DNA from: Candidatus Enterousia onthequi
Lineage (GTDB): Bacteria > Pseudomonadota > Alphaproteobacteria > Rs-D84
Reading direction: 5' to 3'
Length of the DNA: 64,000 bases
Assembly (NCBI GenBank): GCA_018064365.1
Contig: JAGHVJ010000011.1
Coordinates: forward strand, 13,269 to 77,268
Within the stretch, counting starts at the first letter, position 1. Each line of letters starts with the position of its first letter. The notes beneath the pieces were generated by a model. The model worked only from the letters and a program-made list of their open reading frames with translations. It had not been told where the DNA came from and ran no database searches. This document shows, one piece after another, positions 52,708 through 63,638 of this stretch. The position numbers were made by a program, and so were the translations under genes.

Positions 52708-53430
52708 ATGTGGAAGTTTTTATTCGATTTTTGTTATTTTTTGTCTTTTTTTATTCCAAACCGTAAATGGCGCGATAATTTCCGTGTAAATACTTTATTT
52801 GATTACAAACGTAAATTACATATTTTACGGCGCGCATGTCCTGATATAACTTTTCACAGTGTCCGCATGATAAAAGGCGGTTGGAATATTGGTTTTATCA
52901 TAAACAAAAAGTATGTTTTTAAAATCAGAAAAAAATTTACTGATTCTCATATTCCTAAAATTATCAGAGAAAAACGTATAACAGATGCATTTCGTGATAT
53001 TGTGCCTTTGAAAATTCCTAGAATCGACATTATATCTGCCGAAGATTATACATTTTATAAATATGAATTTATCCGCGGTCATAATTTAAATACTTTACCT
53101 GGACACGTGATTTTGAAACATCGTCATGCGTGGGCTAAGCAATTGGCACAATTTATTTTTATTATGCACAACTCTAACCCTGATGGAATTCAAGATTTAA
53201 TTACAGAAAAAGGTGATGGTTGGTGTCATAACGATATTTGTAATAATGTCATAGTTGATACAAAAACAATGCGTATTGTTGGCTTGATAGATTGGGAATA
53301 TTCTGGGTGGAATTATTTAGAAACAGAATTCGTCAACTGCACGGCATTTTCTAGTAAATTACGGAAATCAAATATCGGTGAACTGGTTCGTGCAGAATAT
53401 AAAAAATTGTCAGAAAAAAACAAAAATTAG
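52708..53430 (+). CDS. APH/choline-kinase-family phosphotransferase
   Basis: Catalytic loop WCHNDICNNVIV and GLIDWEYSGW. Confidence 0.65.
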   Translation: MWKFLFDFCYFLSFFIPNRKWRDNFRVNTLFDYKRKLHILRRACPDITFHSVRMIKGGWNIGFIINKKYVFKIRKKFTDSHIPKIIREKRITDAFRDIVPLKIPRIDIISAEDYTFYKYEFIRGHNLNTLPGHVILKHRHAWAKQLAQFIFIMHNSNPDGIQDLITEKGDGWCHNDICNNVIVDTKTMRIVGLIDWEYSGWNYLETEFVNCTAFSSKLRKSNIGELVRAEYKKLSEKNKN

Positions 53431-54335
53431 TTTGCCTGGTTTAACACTTTATCTATGTCATCGTCCGTTGGGATATGGTCAATGACGATGTCGGCATTAT
53501 ACTGATGACGAAACCATGTTCGTTGTCTTTTGGCATATTGATTTGTGCGCGAAATCCAATTTTGAATCATTGTATCATATGTACAATCGCCACGCAAATA
53601 TGCGACCACTTGTGATGCACCGATTGCACGTTCTGGGTTCCAACCACTGGCAATTATGGTATACCCTTCTTCAATCGCACCACCGGACAACATTTCGGGG
53701 ATTCTGGCCGCGATGCGCTCGCGCAATATATCTGCATCTGGATTTATTAAAATTTTAATTGTGTCTGGGGGCAAAACAGCACCCACACGTTTGTTGTGTT
53801 GAAATTCTGTGATATGATGACCTGTTTCAAAATAAATTTCCAATGCGCGAGCAATACGTTGCGGGTCGGTCGCCGAAAAATCAGATGGCAACATCGCAAT
53901 CGCAGCATCACGATTTGTCGCAACCAATTCACGGGCACGGGCACGATTTTCTGGACTAACCGTGGGCATTTCTGAAATGCCGTTCAACAGTGCGTTTACA
54001 TAATATCCCGTTCCACCAACAACCACCACAGGTCGCCCTGCCAAATGTGCATCATTGTATTCAGCACGTGCCATATCTAAATATTCGCAAACACTTTGTT
54101 GTTCTGATAAATTTAGAACAGAAAATAATTTATATGGAACACCGTCCAATTCTTTGACATCTATTTTATCTGTGAGACCGGCAAATGGACTGGCAGAAAT
54201 ATTTTCAATTCCACGATAAACCTGAACACTGTCGCAATTTATAATTACGCCGTTTATTTTTTTTGCCAACGCGTGCGCAAATCCGGATTTTCCAGATGCA
54301 GTTGGCCCAACAATAACGTAATCCTGTATTTTCAT
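53427..54335 (-). CDS. miaA: tRNA dimethylallyltransferase
   Basis: P-loop VGPTASGKS, family length (302 aa) and conserved RQRTWFR near the C-terminus. Confidence 0.85.
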   Translation of the reverse strand: MKIQDYVIVGPTASGKSGFAHALAKKINGVIINCDSVQVYRGIENISASPFAGLTDKIDVKELDGVPYKLFSVLNLSEQQSVCEYLDMARAEYNDAHLAGRPVVVVGGTGYYVNALLNGISEMPTVSPENRARARELVATNRDAAIAMLPSDFSATDPQRIARALEIYFETGHHITEFQHNKRVGAVLPPDTIKILINPDADILRERIAARIPEMLSGGAIEEGYTIIASGWNPERAIGASQVVAYLRGDCTYDTMIQNWISRTNQYAKRQRTWFRHQYNADIVIDHIPTDDDIDKVLNQAN

Positions 54336-54450
54336 AATGTTTGTATTGTAAAATCTAAATATTAGAAATTCAAGTACACATGTAAAAAATCTGATTGTTG
54401 TAATTTCTGAAAAGTGTTATCATTGTTATCGTAACAGGAAAGGATTATAT

Positions 54451-55449
54451 ATGAAAAAAATTAGGGTTGCTATAAACGGATTTGGTCGTATCGGTCGCTT
54501 GGTCTTGCGTGCGGCATTGGAATCAAATCGTCAAGATATAGAATTTGTCGCGATAAATGATTTGGCTCCGATTGAACAAAATGCTCATTTGTTGCAATAT
54601 GATTCTGTTCATGGGAAATTGCCCATGGATGTCAAAATAAATGGCGATTATATTATCGTCGGAAAACAAAAAATTAAATGTCTTTCTGAACGAGACCCAG
54701 AAAAATTACCATGGGGTAAATTACGCGTTGATGTCGTTATGGAATGCACTGGCATTTTTACTGCAGCAGACAAGGCACACGTGCATTTGGACGCGGGTGC
54801 AAAACGCGTTTTGGTATCCGCCCCATCCGCAGGTGCAGACAAAACTATCGTGTTTGGTGTGAACGAAAAAACATTGACTAAAAAAGATTTGATTGTTTCA
54901 AATGCTTCTTGCACTACAAATTGTTTGGCACATATTGCCAAGGTTTTACATGAAAAATTCGGAATCCAAAACGGATGGATGACAACAGTACATGCATACA
55001 CCGGCGACCAACAATTATTGGATAAAACACACAAAGATTTGCGACGCGCACGATCGGCCGCAATGTCTATGATTCCAACAACAACTGGGGCAGCCCGCGC
55101 AATTGGTTTGGTATTACCAAAATTGGCTGGCAAACTGGATGGAATCGCAATTCGTGTTCCAACCCCAGATGTGTCTGTTGTGGAATTGGTCGTGAACACA
55201 AACAAACCTGCGACAATTGATAAAGTCAATGCGGCGATGGAACGTGCAGCGTCTGGAGTGTTTGGGTATAACACGATGCCGTTGGTTTCTGTGGATTTTA
55301 CACATGATGCGCGCAGTTCTATATTTGATGCAACCCAAACAAATGTTATTGACGGACATTTGGTGCATGTGACGGCTTGGTACGATAACGAGTGGGGATT
55401 TTCTAATCGTATGTGCGACACAGCCGTAGCAATAGGCAAGTTGATTTAA
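54451..55449 (+). CDS. gap: glyceraldehyde-3-phosphate dehydrogenase
   Basis: INGFGRIGR and the active site SNASCTTNCLA. 332 aa. Confidence 0.95.
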   Translation: MKKIRVAINGFGRIGRLVLRAALESNRQDIEFVAINDLAPIEQNAHLLQYDSVHGKLPMDVKINGDYIIVGKQKIKCLSERDPEKLPWGKLRVDVVMECTGIFTAADKAHVHLDAGAKRVLVSAPSAGADKTIVFGVNEKTLTKKDLIVSNASCTTNCLAHIAKVLHEKFGIQNGWMTTVHAYTGDQQLLDKTHKDLRRARSAAMSMIPTTTGAARAIGLVLPKLAGKLDGIAIRVPTPDVSVVELVVNTNKPATIDKVNAAMERAASGVFGYNTMPLVSVDFTHDARSSIFDATQTNVIDGHLVHVTAWYDNEWGFSNRMCDTAVAIGKLI

Positions 55450-55507
55450 TTTTTTCAAAAAAACACTTGCAAAGTGATAATGAAAGGTATAATATACTTT
55501 GGCACAC

Positions 55508-55584
55508 GGGGTGTTAGCTCAGCTGGTTAGAGCGTCTGCCTGTCACGCAGAAGGTCGAGGGTTCGAGCCCCTTACATCCCGCCA
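55508..55584 (+). tRNA. tRNA-Asp(GUC)
   Basis: Cloverleaf folded by hand: acceptor GGGGTGT/ACATCCC, anticodon stem TCTGC/GCAGA with loop CTGTCAC, T-loop GGTTCGAGCCC, 3' GCCA. Confidence 0.9.
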
Positions 55585-55630
55585 GAAATTTAACCACGGT
55601 TTTTCCGTGGTTTTTTCGTATTATGTTTTA

Positions 55631-55658
55631 TTGACAAAGTTATCGTGGTCTGTATAAT
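55631..55658 (+). promoter_or_regulatory. sigma70-type promoter (extended -10)
   Basis: TTGACA (55631-55636), 16-nt spacer ending in TG, TATAAT (55653-55658). It lies upstream of the small lipoprotein ORF and tRNA-Leu. Confidence 0.5.
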
Positions 55659-55665
55659 ATATGGC

Positions 55666-55785
55666 ATGAAAAAAGTTATATTATGCTTTTTAATATTATC
55701 GGTTGTGGCGTTGGCTGGATGTGGCAGAAAATCGTCATTGGAACATCCGACCTCCGGATTTCCACGCAATTATCCGGTATATTAA
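55666..55785 (+). CDS. small lipoprotein (39 aa), LptM/YifL-like pattern
   Basis: My own translation: MKKVILCFLILSVVALAGCGRKSSLEHPTSGFPRNYPVY. Lipobox LAGC followed by G-R-K. Too short for the ORF track. Confidence 0.4.
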   Translation: MKKVILCFLILSVVALAGCGRKSSLEHPTSGFPRNYPVY

Positions 55786-55796
55786 AAGATTCAAAT

Positions 55797-55881
<85 letters not shown>

Positions 55882-55951
55882 AATCAAAAAAAACTTGATT
55901 TGTCTAAAAAAAACGGTAGAATACGATACGCAATAAAAAAAGGTTATTAAA

Positions 55952-56131
55952 ATGGCATCAAAAAAAGGCGCAGTAGAAGTTATCAAATTAGAAAATAAAG
56001 AAACAGGATACTTTTACACAACACAAAAAAATACTAAATCTGAAAATACCAAGGGTAAAATGAAATTCCGTAAATATGACCCTAAATTGCGCAAGCATGT
56101 GGTGTTTACAGAAGGTAAAATGTCTCACTAA
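55952..56131 (+). CDS. rpmG: 50S ribosomal protein L33
   Basis: My own translation (59 aa): MASKKGAVEVIKLENKETGYFYTTQKNTKSENTKGKMKFRKYDPKLRKHVVFTEGKMSH, which follows the L33 pattern (YTT.KN, KYDP..RKHV). Too short for the ORF track. Confidence 0.85.
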   Translation: MASKKGAVEVIKLENKETGYFYTTQKNTKSENTKGKMKFRKYDPKLRKHVVFTEGKMSH

Positions 56132-56134
56132 AAT

Positions 56135-56166
56135 TCAAAAAATCGCCAATTTGGCGATTTTTTTGT
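56135..56166. terminator. bidirectional rho-independent terminator
   Basis: AAAAAATCGCCAATTTGGCGATTTTTTT lies between convergent rpmG and the 85-aa ORF. Confidence 0.7.
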
Positions 56167-56192
56167 TTTCTGTAAAAAACATATTATAAATT

Positions 56193-56450
56193 TTATTTTT
56201 GCTTGGACTTTACTTGTGCAACTATGCAATTGGTCAGATTTCCAACTGTTTTATATTTAACATAATCAGATTCTGGCAATTTAACCTTGAAAACATGTTG
56301 CAACGTATATAATGCACCAACCATATCCCAATAAGTAATATCTTTGTTATCAACAAACGGAGTACTCGGATTTACAGTTTGTTGTGTCATCCCACATTCT
56401 TGTGCAATTATACGACGAATTTGCTGTCTAATTTTTGGCATTGTGTTCAC
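56193..56450 (-). CDS. small hypothetical protein, faintly acyl-carrier-protein-like
   Basis: 85 aa. Helical pattern IRRIIAQECGM...F.....DITYWDMVGALYTLQHVF.V.LP. No canonical DSL serine. Confidence 0.3.
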   Translation of the reverse strand: MNTMPKIRQQIRRIIAQECGMTQQTVNPSTPFVDNKDITYWDMVGALYTLQHVFKVKLPESDYVKYKTVGNLTNCIVAQVKSKQK

Positions 56451-56511
56451 TCCCGTTTTAGTAAAAAAACAACGGATGTTATAATACCCAAAAACAACCG
56501 TTTGTCAAATA

Positions 56512-58749
56512 TTATTTATTAAATCTTCCACTGCGTGGAAAACCAACAGGGATTGTTCGTCCCTGGGACGCGCGCTTTGCCGTCCATGGCGATATATCAT
56601 CTAATTTCGTAGTGCCCCGCCCCGTAGTCCAACCAAAACCGTCCACAGAATTAAAGAACATCACATCCAAAACATATGTCCGGTCTGCATTGTATTTTTG
56701 CAAGATTACCCCCTTGCCCCGGGACATTTCTGGTATTTGTTCGGTTGGGAATATCAGTAATTTATCATTTGACCCAGATATCGCAATCATATCCCCAGTG
56801 ACAGGCACACACAAAATCGCCGGATTTTCAGAATCTGTATTCATAATCTGTTTTCCGTTTTTGGTTTGCGCCAAACAATTTTCACCACTGACTATAAATC
56901 CAGCCCCATGCCGAGATACCAATAAATATTTTGCCGATGTATCTAAAACAAATGCACGCACAATATTTTCATCTGCCCCAATGTCAGCCATCATACGCAC
57001 AGATTCCCCAAAACCACGTGCCGACGGCAAATCCGACACCGGAATTGAAAACATTTTTCCCGACGCCCCAAATATATTGACCCGGTCCGTACTCATCGCA
57101 TGAAAAGCCGTTTGTAACGCATCGCCGTCTTTGAATTTGGTGTCCAAATTATTCAAATCCAGATGTCCCTTGGCCGCACGAATCCAACCCATTTCTGACA
57201 AAATAATCGTCATCGGTTCTTTTTCAATGAAATCATCTGGATTTACATCCACATCTATAACCGCAGAATCCCATGTTGTGCGTCGACGCCCCAATGTTGT
57301 TTTTTTATCATACATTTTTTTAATATCCGCAAACCACGCCTTTAATTGGTCATTTTGAGCCCCCGCATCAGCCAGCAACATTTGCAATTTTTCTTGTTCT
57401 GCACGGAGTTCAGCATCTTCGCGTTTTATTTCCATTTCTTCTAATTTACGAAGAGAACGCAGACGCGTGTTCAAAATAGATTCAACCTGGATTTCTGTTA
57501 AATCAAATTCAGCCATCAAAACAGGTTTTGGTTCGTCTTCGTTACGGATAATTTCAATCACCCTGTCCAAATTCAAATACACAACCAACAAACCGCCCAA
57601 TATTTCCAAACGGTGCGCAATATTACGCAAACGCCAATTCGTACGACGGATTAAAACATTTTTCTGGTGTGCGATAAATTCACGCAATACATCACCAATC
57701 GGCATTACCCGAGGCGCGCCATTTGTATCGATGACATTGAAATTCATATTGAATTTATATTCTAAATCAGTCATCGCAAACAAATGCGCCATCATTTTAT
57801 CAATTGGAACATTTTTATTTTTTGGTGTAATAACAATACGAACATCTGTGGTAGATTCATCAACAATATCTTCGACCAATGGCAGTTTCTTGGCATCTAT
57901 CATTTCGCCAATTTGTTCCACCAATTTAGATTTTACAATACCGTACGGGATTTCAGTGATTACAACCTGGGACTGACCCCGTTCCAGATTTTCAATTTCC
58001 CACCTTGCCCGAATACGAAATGCACCGCGCCCAGTGTCATAATTTTTAACAATCGTATCAAAGTCATCTATTAAAATACCACCTGTTGGAAAATCAGGAC
58101 CAACCAATTTTTTCATAATTTGCGCAGTTGTGGATTCTGGTTTATCAACCACCAAACACAGGGCATCACAAACCTCGGCCACGTTGTGTGTTGGTATGTT
58201 TGTTGCCATACCAACCGCAATCCCCATACCACCATTTGCCAATAAATTTGGAAAAGCACCTGGCATAACCGTTGGTTCGACAGTTGTGCCATCAAAGTTT
58301 GGCATCATATCAACACTGTCTTCATCTAAACCCTCCATAATCAACATGGCCGCCTGGGTCATTTTTGATTCTGTATAACGGTATGCCGCCTGGGGGTCAC
58401 CGTCGATATTTCCGAAATTGCCCTGGCCATCAATTAATGGGTAACGAACGGAAAAATCCTGGGCCAATCTGACCATCGCGTCATACACAGACGAGTCCCC
58501 ATGCGGATGATAATGTCCCAATACATCACCAACAACAGTTGCGCATTTACGAAATGCCGCCGACGGAGATAATTTTTGGCGCAACATAGAATACAAAATA
58601 CGGCGATGCACAGGCTTTAACCCGTCACGAACATCCGGCAATGCGCGCGATACAATGGTCGATACCGCATATGACAAATACCGTTCAGATAATGCATCAC
58701 CCAATTGTTGAGATTCTATATTTTCGATAATTTTTGCGTTTTCTTTCAT
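56512..58749 (-). CDS. parC: DNA topoisomerase IV subunit A (GyrA/ParC family)
   Basis: [19 protein letters not shown], the active-site region AAYRYTE(S) and a size of about 745 aa favour ParC over GyrA. Start chosen at MKENAK (58749); the ORF-track start is 58803. Confidence 0.75.
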   Translation of the reverse strand: MKENAKIIENIESQQLGDALSERYLSYAVSTIVSRALPDVRDGLKPVHRRILYSMLRQKLSPSAAFRKCATVVGDVLGHYHPHGDSSVYDAMVRLAQDFSVRYPLIDGQGNFGNIDGDPQAAYRYTESKMTQAAMLIMEGLDEDSVDMMPNFDGTTVEPTVMPGAFPNLLANGGMGIAVGMATNIPTHNVAEVCDALCLVVDKPESTTAQIMKKLVGPDFPTGGILIDDFDTIVKNYDTGRGAFRIRARWEIENLERGQSQVVITEIPYGIVKSKLVEQIGEMIDAKKLPLVEDIVDESTTDVRIVITPKNKNVPIDKMMAHLFAMTDLEYKFNMNFNVIDTNGAPRVMPIGDVLREFIAHQKNVLIRRTNWRLRNIAHRLEILGGLLVVYLNLDRVIEIIRNEDEPKPVLMAEFDLTEIQVESILNTRLRSLRKLEEMEIKREDAELRAEQEKLQMLLADAGAQNDQLKAWFADIKKMYDKKTTLGRRRTTWDSAVIDVDVNPDDFIEKEPMTIILSEMGWIRAAKGHLDLNNLDTKFKDGDALQTAFHAMSTDRVNIFGASGKMFSIPVSDLPSARGFGESVRMMADIGADENIVRAFVLDTSAKYLLVSRHGAGFIVSGENCLAQTKNGKQIMNTDSENPAILCVPVTGDMIAISGSNDKLLIFPTEQIPEMSRGKGVILQKYNADRTYVLDVMFFNSVDGFGWTTGRGTTKLDDISPWTAKRASQGRTIPVGFPRSGRFNK

Positions 58750-58814
58750 ATCTACCGTCTTTATTTTCATCAAGAATTTAGAACATTTGAAAAATTTTCG
58801 CAAGTCAATATTAT

Positions 58815-59222
58815 TTATCTTGTTTTCATAAAGTCTGAAATTGTTGTTTTATTGATTTTTTTCCAAACTTCACCAACGCGTCCCACCAGAACCCCCAAGT
58901 ACAAATTTGAATTATCGTTCAAATTAAACAATGCACACAAATCCGGTAAATACTGTTGCACAATTTTATAATTTTTGGGTTGTAATTCCCATGTTTTGGA
59001 TTTATCTGATACCCCTTGATAAACACACAGTTCACTGTTCATACAGTATCCACGTGGCAGTTCATTTAAGTATTGCACGGTTTGCACAACAGAAAATCCC
59101 ATTTGTGCTAACATTTCTTTATGGGATAATTTACTATTCGCGGGTGCCAACAACACACCGGAATTTTCCATTATAATAAATGCACGACGGGCAGCATGAA
59201 AAACTTGTTCACCTTTATCCAT
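58815..59222 (-). CDS. hypothetical protein
   Basis: 135-aa ORF packed between thyX and parC. No motif. Confidence 0.4.
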   Translation of the reverse strand: MDKGEQVFHAARRAFIIMENSGVLLAPANSKLSHKEMLAQMGFSVVQTVQYLNELPRGYCMNSELCVYQGVSDKSKTWELQPKNYKIVQQYLPDLCALFNLNDNSNLYLGVLVGRVGEVWKKINKTTISDFMKTR

Positions 59223-59224
59223 TT

Positions 59225-60634
59225 CTAAATCTCACGGTCACGAAAATATTTTACCAATGTTTCATCACGCAAATTGCGTCCACAATAGCGCGGGCCTTCG
59301 ACACATTTTCCCATAGATAAACATGGTGGGGTCAGGTATTTTAATACTTTTGCATTTTCGCCGATATGTTTTGCCAATTCACGACGCAAATCACATGCCA
59401 AATGGTAAATTGCCTCCTGCGCACACCAACATGTGCGTTTACCCTGCTCGTGAATCAAAGCGTTCAAATCCGCATGTTTTTCGTATTGAACCATTGCACC
59501 GTATGGCATGATAGATGTCACCATTGAACGTGAAAAATCTGGATTACGTACCATATTATAAAAATCACGCATCCCTGTGTCTGCAACAGGTTTCAATCCA
59601 GCCATGTCCAACAATGGTGGCAAATAGAAATATCCGGTGACAGTAGGTTTTGAACGTTTGATACTGCGGTGACGTTGATCCTGACCCATTGTGGCACCCG
59701 CATCAACATGAATACGACTGCGTACATACATTAACGAATTGTCCATGTATTCCGGGCTGAATTGCAAAGTATCAACCGTATCACGAGATTTATTTTCTAC
59801 AAAATTTCCATTGATATATCCATAATCTAATAATTTAAAGTCTGGACGGGTTTTTGTACCAATATATTCTGTTCTGGTGTCAAACTCGTCAAAAAGCCCG
59901 CCCAACAATTCATATTCTGGTGTCCAATCTTTGGTACTGCGCGCATATTCATCAAACATATATGCAATATCAGGATGTGTTGTTTTGATGTTGGCTACAA
60001 TTTTATCCATTACGTCACGCATAAATGGTGTCCATGCGGTTCGATAAAACGCACAAATTGTTGCCAAATCGACCGTCCAATCCAATGCCGTTGGCGCAAT
60101 CATTGAAACAAACATACGCAATTGTTCCTGGGCAAATTTGGGTGCGTTTTGTTCAACATATTTGTCATTTGCGTTTGGACGTTCATAACGGATAGCATCA
60201 CGTGCAAGTTCCGTCACATGTTGTATATTATCAGCATAAACATTTAACCCACGTTCAATGAAATTATATGCTTGATTTATGTTTTTTGCCGGTGCACCCG
60301 GGTAATATGTTTCCAAAGTATTTTTTATGTCCGCCATATCTGGATTATCGTACATCTTGGAAAAACGTCCACTGCGTTGATCAGTATCATAAAACGGCGC
60401 CGTCAGATGCAGACCAAAAACAACACTGGAAACCGGGATGTTTTCAATCATAAATGTCCAATAATTATGTTCCAATGTTGAATGATGCCCAGTATCAAAC
60501 AAACGTTTTTTTACATCAATTACGTCACCTAATTTGGAACTTTCTGCCGTATAGCACATACGCGCAGCGTGTGATGCCAATATTGTCGGCTCAACATTTG
60601 TTTCAGCAATCGGTGTTACTTTTATTTCTGACAT
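59225..60634 (-). CDS. thyX: FAD-dependent thymidylate synthase, long form
   Basis: GHHSTLEH and the ThyX signature RHRSIKRS (RHR..S). At 469 aa it is about twice the canonical length. Confidence 0.7.
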   Translation of the reverse strand: MSEIKVTPIAETNVEPTILASHAARMCYTAESSKLGDVIDVKKRLFDTGHHSTLEHNYWTFMIENIPVSSVVFGLHLTAPFYDTDQRSGRFSKMYDNPDMADIKNTLETYYPGAPAKNINQAYNFIERGLNVYADNIQHVTELARDAIRYERPNANDKYVEQNAPKFAQEQLRMFVSMIAPTALDWTVDLATICAFYRTAWTPFMRDVMDKIVANIKTTHPDIAYMFDEYARSTKDWTPEYELLGGLFDEFDTRTEYIGTKTRPDFKLLDYGYINGNFVENKSRDTVDTLQFSPEYMDNSLMYVRSRIHVDAGATMGQDQRHRSIKRSKPTVTGYFYLPPLLDMAGLKPVADTGMRDFYNMVRNPDFSRSMVTSIMPYGAMVQYEKHADLNALIHEQGKRTCWCAQEAIYHLACDLRRELAKHIGENAKVLKYLTPPCLSMGKCVEGPRYCGRNLRDETLVKYFRDREI

Positions 60635-60932
60635 GTGTAGAATCTCCTTTTATAATTTTACATTTATAGTAAAAATATTTATGGAATTATCAAGCATTTT
60701 ATCTTTGTTTGCATACCAACAATTTTGAACTTGACATAACCCAAGTTTTGTAGTAAAAATAGGGTGTTTAAGGAAATATTTTGGTTCCCTGAAATTGGGC
60801 GGGCTGTCGTGGTGACAAGTCGGAATATGTTGATGATTTTCACATATTTGAATGTACGTTATGCAATGTAACGAGCCAATTGTATCGATTCCTGGGTTAA
60901 GGGGTTGTGTACGTATGGTAAAGGGGGCCGCT

Positions 60933-62003
60933 ATGAAAATTCGTTTATTGTGTAAATATTTTTTGATGGGTTCTTTACTTGCTGTACCAAAAGGGACAGG
61001 TAATTTTTGTGATACGGATATTTCTATGCATGCACAACAAACTGTGAAAACACGTATTCCTGTGTGTCAAAAACAGATAGACAAACAGATAAACGACAAA
61101 TCAAAAGAACTGTGCGATAAATATATCGATTTTGTTTTACAAGGTCAAAAAAACATACAATCTGGACACGACGGCCATATGTCTGCGGTAAAACGCGAAT
61201 TACCAGGCGCAGTCCCAAGATGGTATTGTATTTATGGACAATATACTCAATTAAATCGTGCGTTGGCAGAATTAGGCGATACATTGACTTTGATACCATT
61301 TAACGGCCGTCATTCTTGTCCAGAATTTCGTAGATTGATGAAAGAAAAATACGATAACAACACATACTCTAACGCTATACACAGTGGCAAAATGTTTCAA
61401 TCTGATACCGAATACAATCGGGCTTTACAGGCATTTTTGAAACACAATAAAGTCACAGATTCAACACCAGACATTCAAAAAAATACTGTTGTTGCGCAAT
61501 TTGAAAAAAATAATTTCAAGGCTTCTGATTTACACCCCGGTACAATTATTATTGTACAACACAACAACACCCCATCAAATACGCACGCAATTATGTATTT
61601 GGGACGCGGATATGTTAAAGCAAACGAATTCGTGCCTGATAGCAATGGTGAATTTATATATGCGGGATATAATAACGAAACGATTGGTAATATATTTACA
61701 ACATATAATACAAATCATTTATTTACTGCGGATATATACAATATTGCCACGGTTGAATATACAAAAGAATATAAAAATATTATGAACAAGAATAATCAAG
61801 AATTATTTGATTATGTTTATACCCCATCTGATGCTATGTACTGTGCTTATCCTAATCGTGAAAAATTAAAAGAACTGGCACAGGAAAAGTATTTTAATCG
61901 AAACAAATTTGTTCCGCCAGAATTACCGATGGCTCCAACGATGGCAAAAATTGCGCCATTTCCTGGGATACAGACAAATCTTTTGGGTGGGCAACAACGA
62001 TAA
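60933..62003 (+). CDS. secreted hypothetical protein, possible papain-like (NlpC/P60- or CHAP-type) hydrolase
   Basis: Start at MKIRLLCKYFLMGSLLAVP (ATG at 60933 after AAGGGGG). Candidate Cys (PRWYCIYGQY) and His (NTHAIMYLGRG) in the order expected for a Cys-His peptidase. Confidence 0.35.
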   Translation: MKIRLLCKYFLMGSLLAVPKGTGNFCDTDISMHAQQTVKTRIPVCQKQIDKQINDKSKELCDKYIDFVLQGQKNIQSGHDGHMSAVKRELPGAVPRWYCIYGQYTQLNRALAELGDTLTLIPFNGRHSCPEFRRLMKEKYDNNTYSNAIHSGKMFQSDTEYNRALQAFLKHNKVTDSTPDIQKNTVVAQFEKNNFKASDLHPGTIIIVQHNNTPSNTHAIMYLGRGYVKANEFVPDSNGEFIYAGYNNETIGNIFTTYNTNHLFTADIYNIATVEYTKEYKNIMNKNNQELFDYVYTPSDAMYCAYPNREKLKELAQEKYFNRNKFVPPELPMAPTMAKIAPFPGIQTNLLGGQQR

Positions 62004-62007
62004 AAAA

Positions 62008-62034
62008 CGGGGCAAAAAATTAAGCCCCGATTTT
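62008..62034 (+). terminator. rho-independent terminator overlapping the 3' end of zapA
   Basis: CGGGGC (62008-62013) pairs with GCCCCG (62024-62029), followed by TTTT. Confidence 0.5.
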
Positions 62035-62298
62035 ATGTTTAATTTCACGAATTCTTGCCAATATTTCGCGTAAATCACCATCAGTAGCCGCAGCGACAGG
62101 ACGGTTATGCGCAGAGTCAGCCAGGACGATACACAATGTTGCCAGCAAAGAATTTTCTGGCAATGGACCTATTTTATCAAGAATTTCACGCGCACGAGCA
62201 TCAACAATGCGCCCCAATTCGATTAAACGATCTTCTTGACCGTCTTCACAGCCCATTTGGTAATTTTTATTTACAATAGGTATGGTAACAACACTCAT
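62020..62298 (-). CDS. zapA: cell division protein ZapA
   Basis: 92 aa. MSVVTIPIVNKNYQMGCEDGQEDRLIELGRIVDARAREI follows the ZapA pattern (V.I.I.G..Y...C....E..L...A..V). Confidence 0.75.
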   Translation of the reverse strand: MSVVTIPIVNKNYQMGCEDGQEDRLIELGRIVDARAREILDKIGPLPENSLLATLCIVLADSAHNRPVAAATDGDLREILARIREIKHKIGA

Positions 62299-62304
62299 AT
62301 TTCT

Positions 62305-62541
62305 TTATTTTCCCTTTAATTTTTCTAGAATTGACATCGATTTATCAATCATTTCAACCGCACGTGCATTTTTTGCGCGCAGGTTTTTAACCTGTTGTGT
62401 CAAGATTGCAACCTCTAAATCTGTTTGACGACCAGCGGCCGACACATCAGAACGCAACCCTAAAACCGCATTTTCCAGGGAATTTAGTTCTTGAAAAATT
62501 TGTTGTTTTAAATCTGTCATTTTATTTCTATGATACGACAT
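62305..62541 (-). CDS. coiled-coil protein upstream of zapA (DUF4164/ZapB-like)
   Basis: 78 aa, all-helical heptad-like sequence. A conserved position upstream of zapA is something I associate with alphaproteobacteria. Confidence 0.5.
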   Translation of the reverse strand: MSYHRNKMTDLKQQIFQELNSLENAVLGLRSDVSAAGRQTDLEVAILTQQVKNLRAKNARAVEMIDKSMSILEKLKGK

Positions 62542-62635
62542 TTTTTATATGCGTTCAACCATAAAATGTGATATAATGTCCTGTGAAATTATCCTGTGTA
62601 ACAACTGGTTTTGTTTTTTTGGGGGGACAGATTTA

Positions 62636-63625
62636 ATGAAAACGAAAATTATTTATATTTCTGGTAGTGAAGTTTTTAACATGGCAGATGTACGCAATGC
62701 ATTTGAAACTGTGCGGCATGAATTGGGCTTGGCAAATGACACTATTTTATTTGGTGTTCCTGTGGATGCCGAAGATGCTTTGGCTGGGCAATTTGATAAC
62801 ATTCAACCTGTTACAATTCCTGAAATCCACACAGCACAAGAACCTGAATCTACATTGGCACATATTGAAACCGACCCACAAGAAATTTCAGAACCGGATA
62901 TTGAACCTGTTGTAAAAAAAGAAAAGCGCTCTAAAAAGGTTATTGCGAAAAAAGATGAAGAAAACACAAAACCAGAAGATAATGAAAAAGTAATTCCAAT
63001 TTTGTCTGTGTTGTCTGGTGATGATGCGCCACATGTAGATATTGTCCCAGATAAAGACATATCGCCAATGGTTGATGACATTATAGACACTGTGGACGAA
63101 GATATAGATTTATCAGACAAACCAGAAAAATCAGATACAAGAATTGATATTTCAGACGATTTTTCAACGGACAATATTGCACAACAATCTGACGATTTTG
63201 ATTTGGCAGATGTTGATATTGATATAGATATTCCAAGTATCGAGCCAGAAACAACAAAGGTATCAGAATCAGACTCTGATGAAGAAGACGGTTTGGCAAA
63301 ATTGTTAAAATCTGTTCAATCCTTGCACGAAGACGAATTGCAAAAACCCGAATTATCTGTGATAGAAAATGATACAGATGAAACAGATGCCACGTTGGAA
63401 AAATTAGCAACTGAATTTGCGGAAAACCAAGATAAAATTGTAAACACTACAAAATCTGGTGCACGCGGTGGCAGAATCGGAAAATTAAAAAATATACTGC
63501 CGTTTAAAAAGGCAAAAAATAATGATTCTAGTTTAATGGGTGATTTATTTGGTTGGGCTGGCGTTGCAGCAAACGATGAAGAGTTTGGGTTGCCTGAATT
63601 TTTCCCAAGCGCAGCAAAGAAATAA
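62636..63625 (+). CDS. acidic hypothetical protein
   Basis: Start moved to MKTKIIYISG (ATG at 62636 after GGGGGGA). The long Asp/Glu-rich middle includes DIDIDI repeats. Confidence 0.5.
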   Translation: MKTKIIYISGSEVFNMADVRNAFETVRHELGLANDTILFGVPVDAEDALAGQFDNIQPVTIPEIHTAQEPESTLAHIETDPQEISEPDIEPVVKKEKRSKKVIAKKDEENTKPEDNEKVIPILSVLSGDDAPHVDIVPDKDISPMVDDIIDTVDEDIDLSDKPEKSDTRIDISDDFSTDNIAQQSDDFDLADVDIDIDIPSIEPETTKVSESDSDEEDGLAKLLKSVQSLHEDELQKPELSVIENDTDETDATLEKLATEFAENQDKIVNTTKSGARGGRIGKLKNILPFKKAKNNDSSLMGDLFGWAGVAANDEEFGLPEFFPSAAKK

Positions 63626-63638
63626 GGTCTAGGATTGG

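Noticed and set aside
54648-55458. 263-aa and 114-aa minus-strand ORFs
   Set aside because: They are antisense to gap, whose identity is unambiguous.
62004-62019. 6S RNA (ssrS), which often follows zapA
   Set aside because: Only 16 nt separate the zapA stop from the convergent gene, so there is no room for an RNA of about 180 nt.
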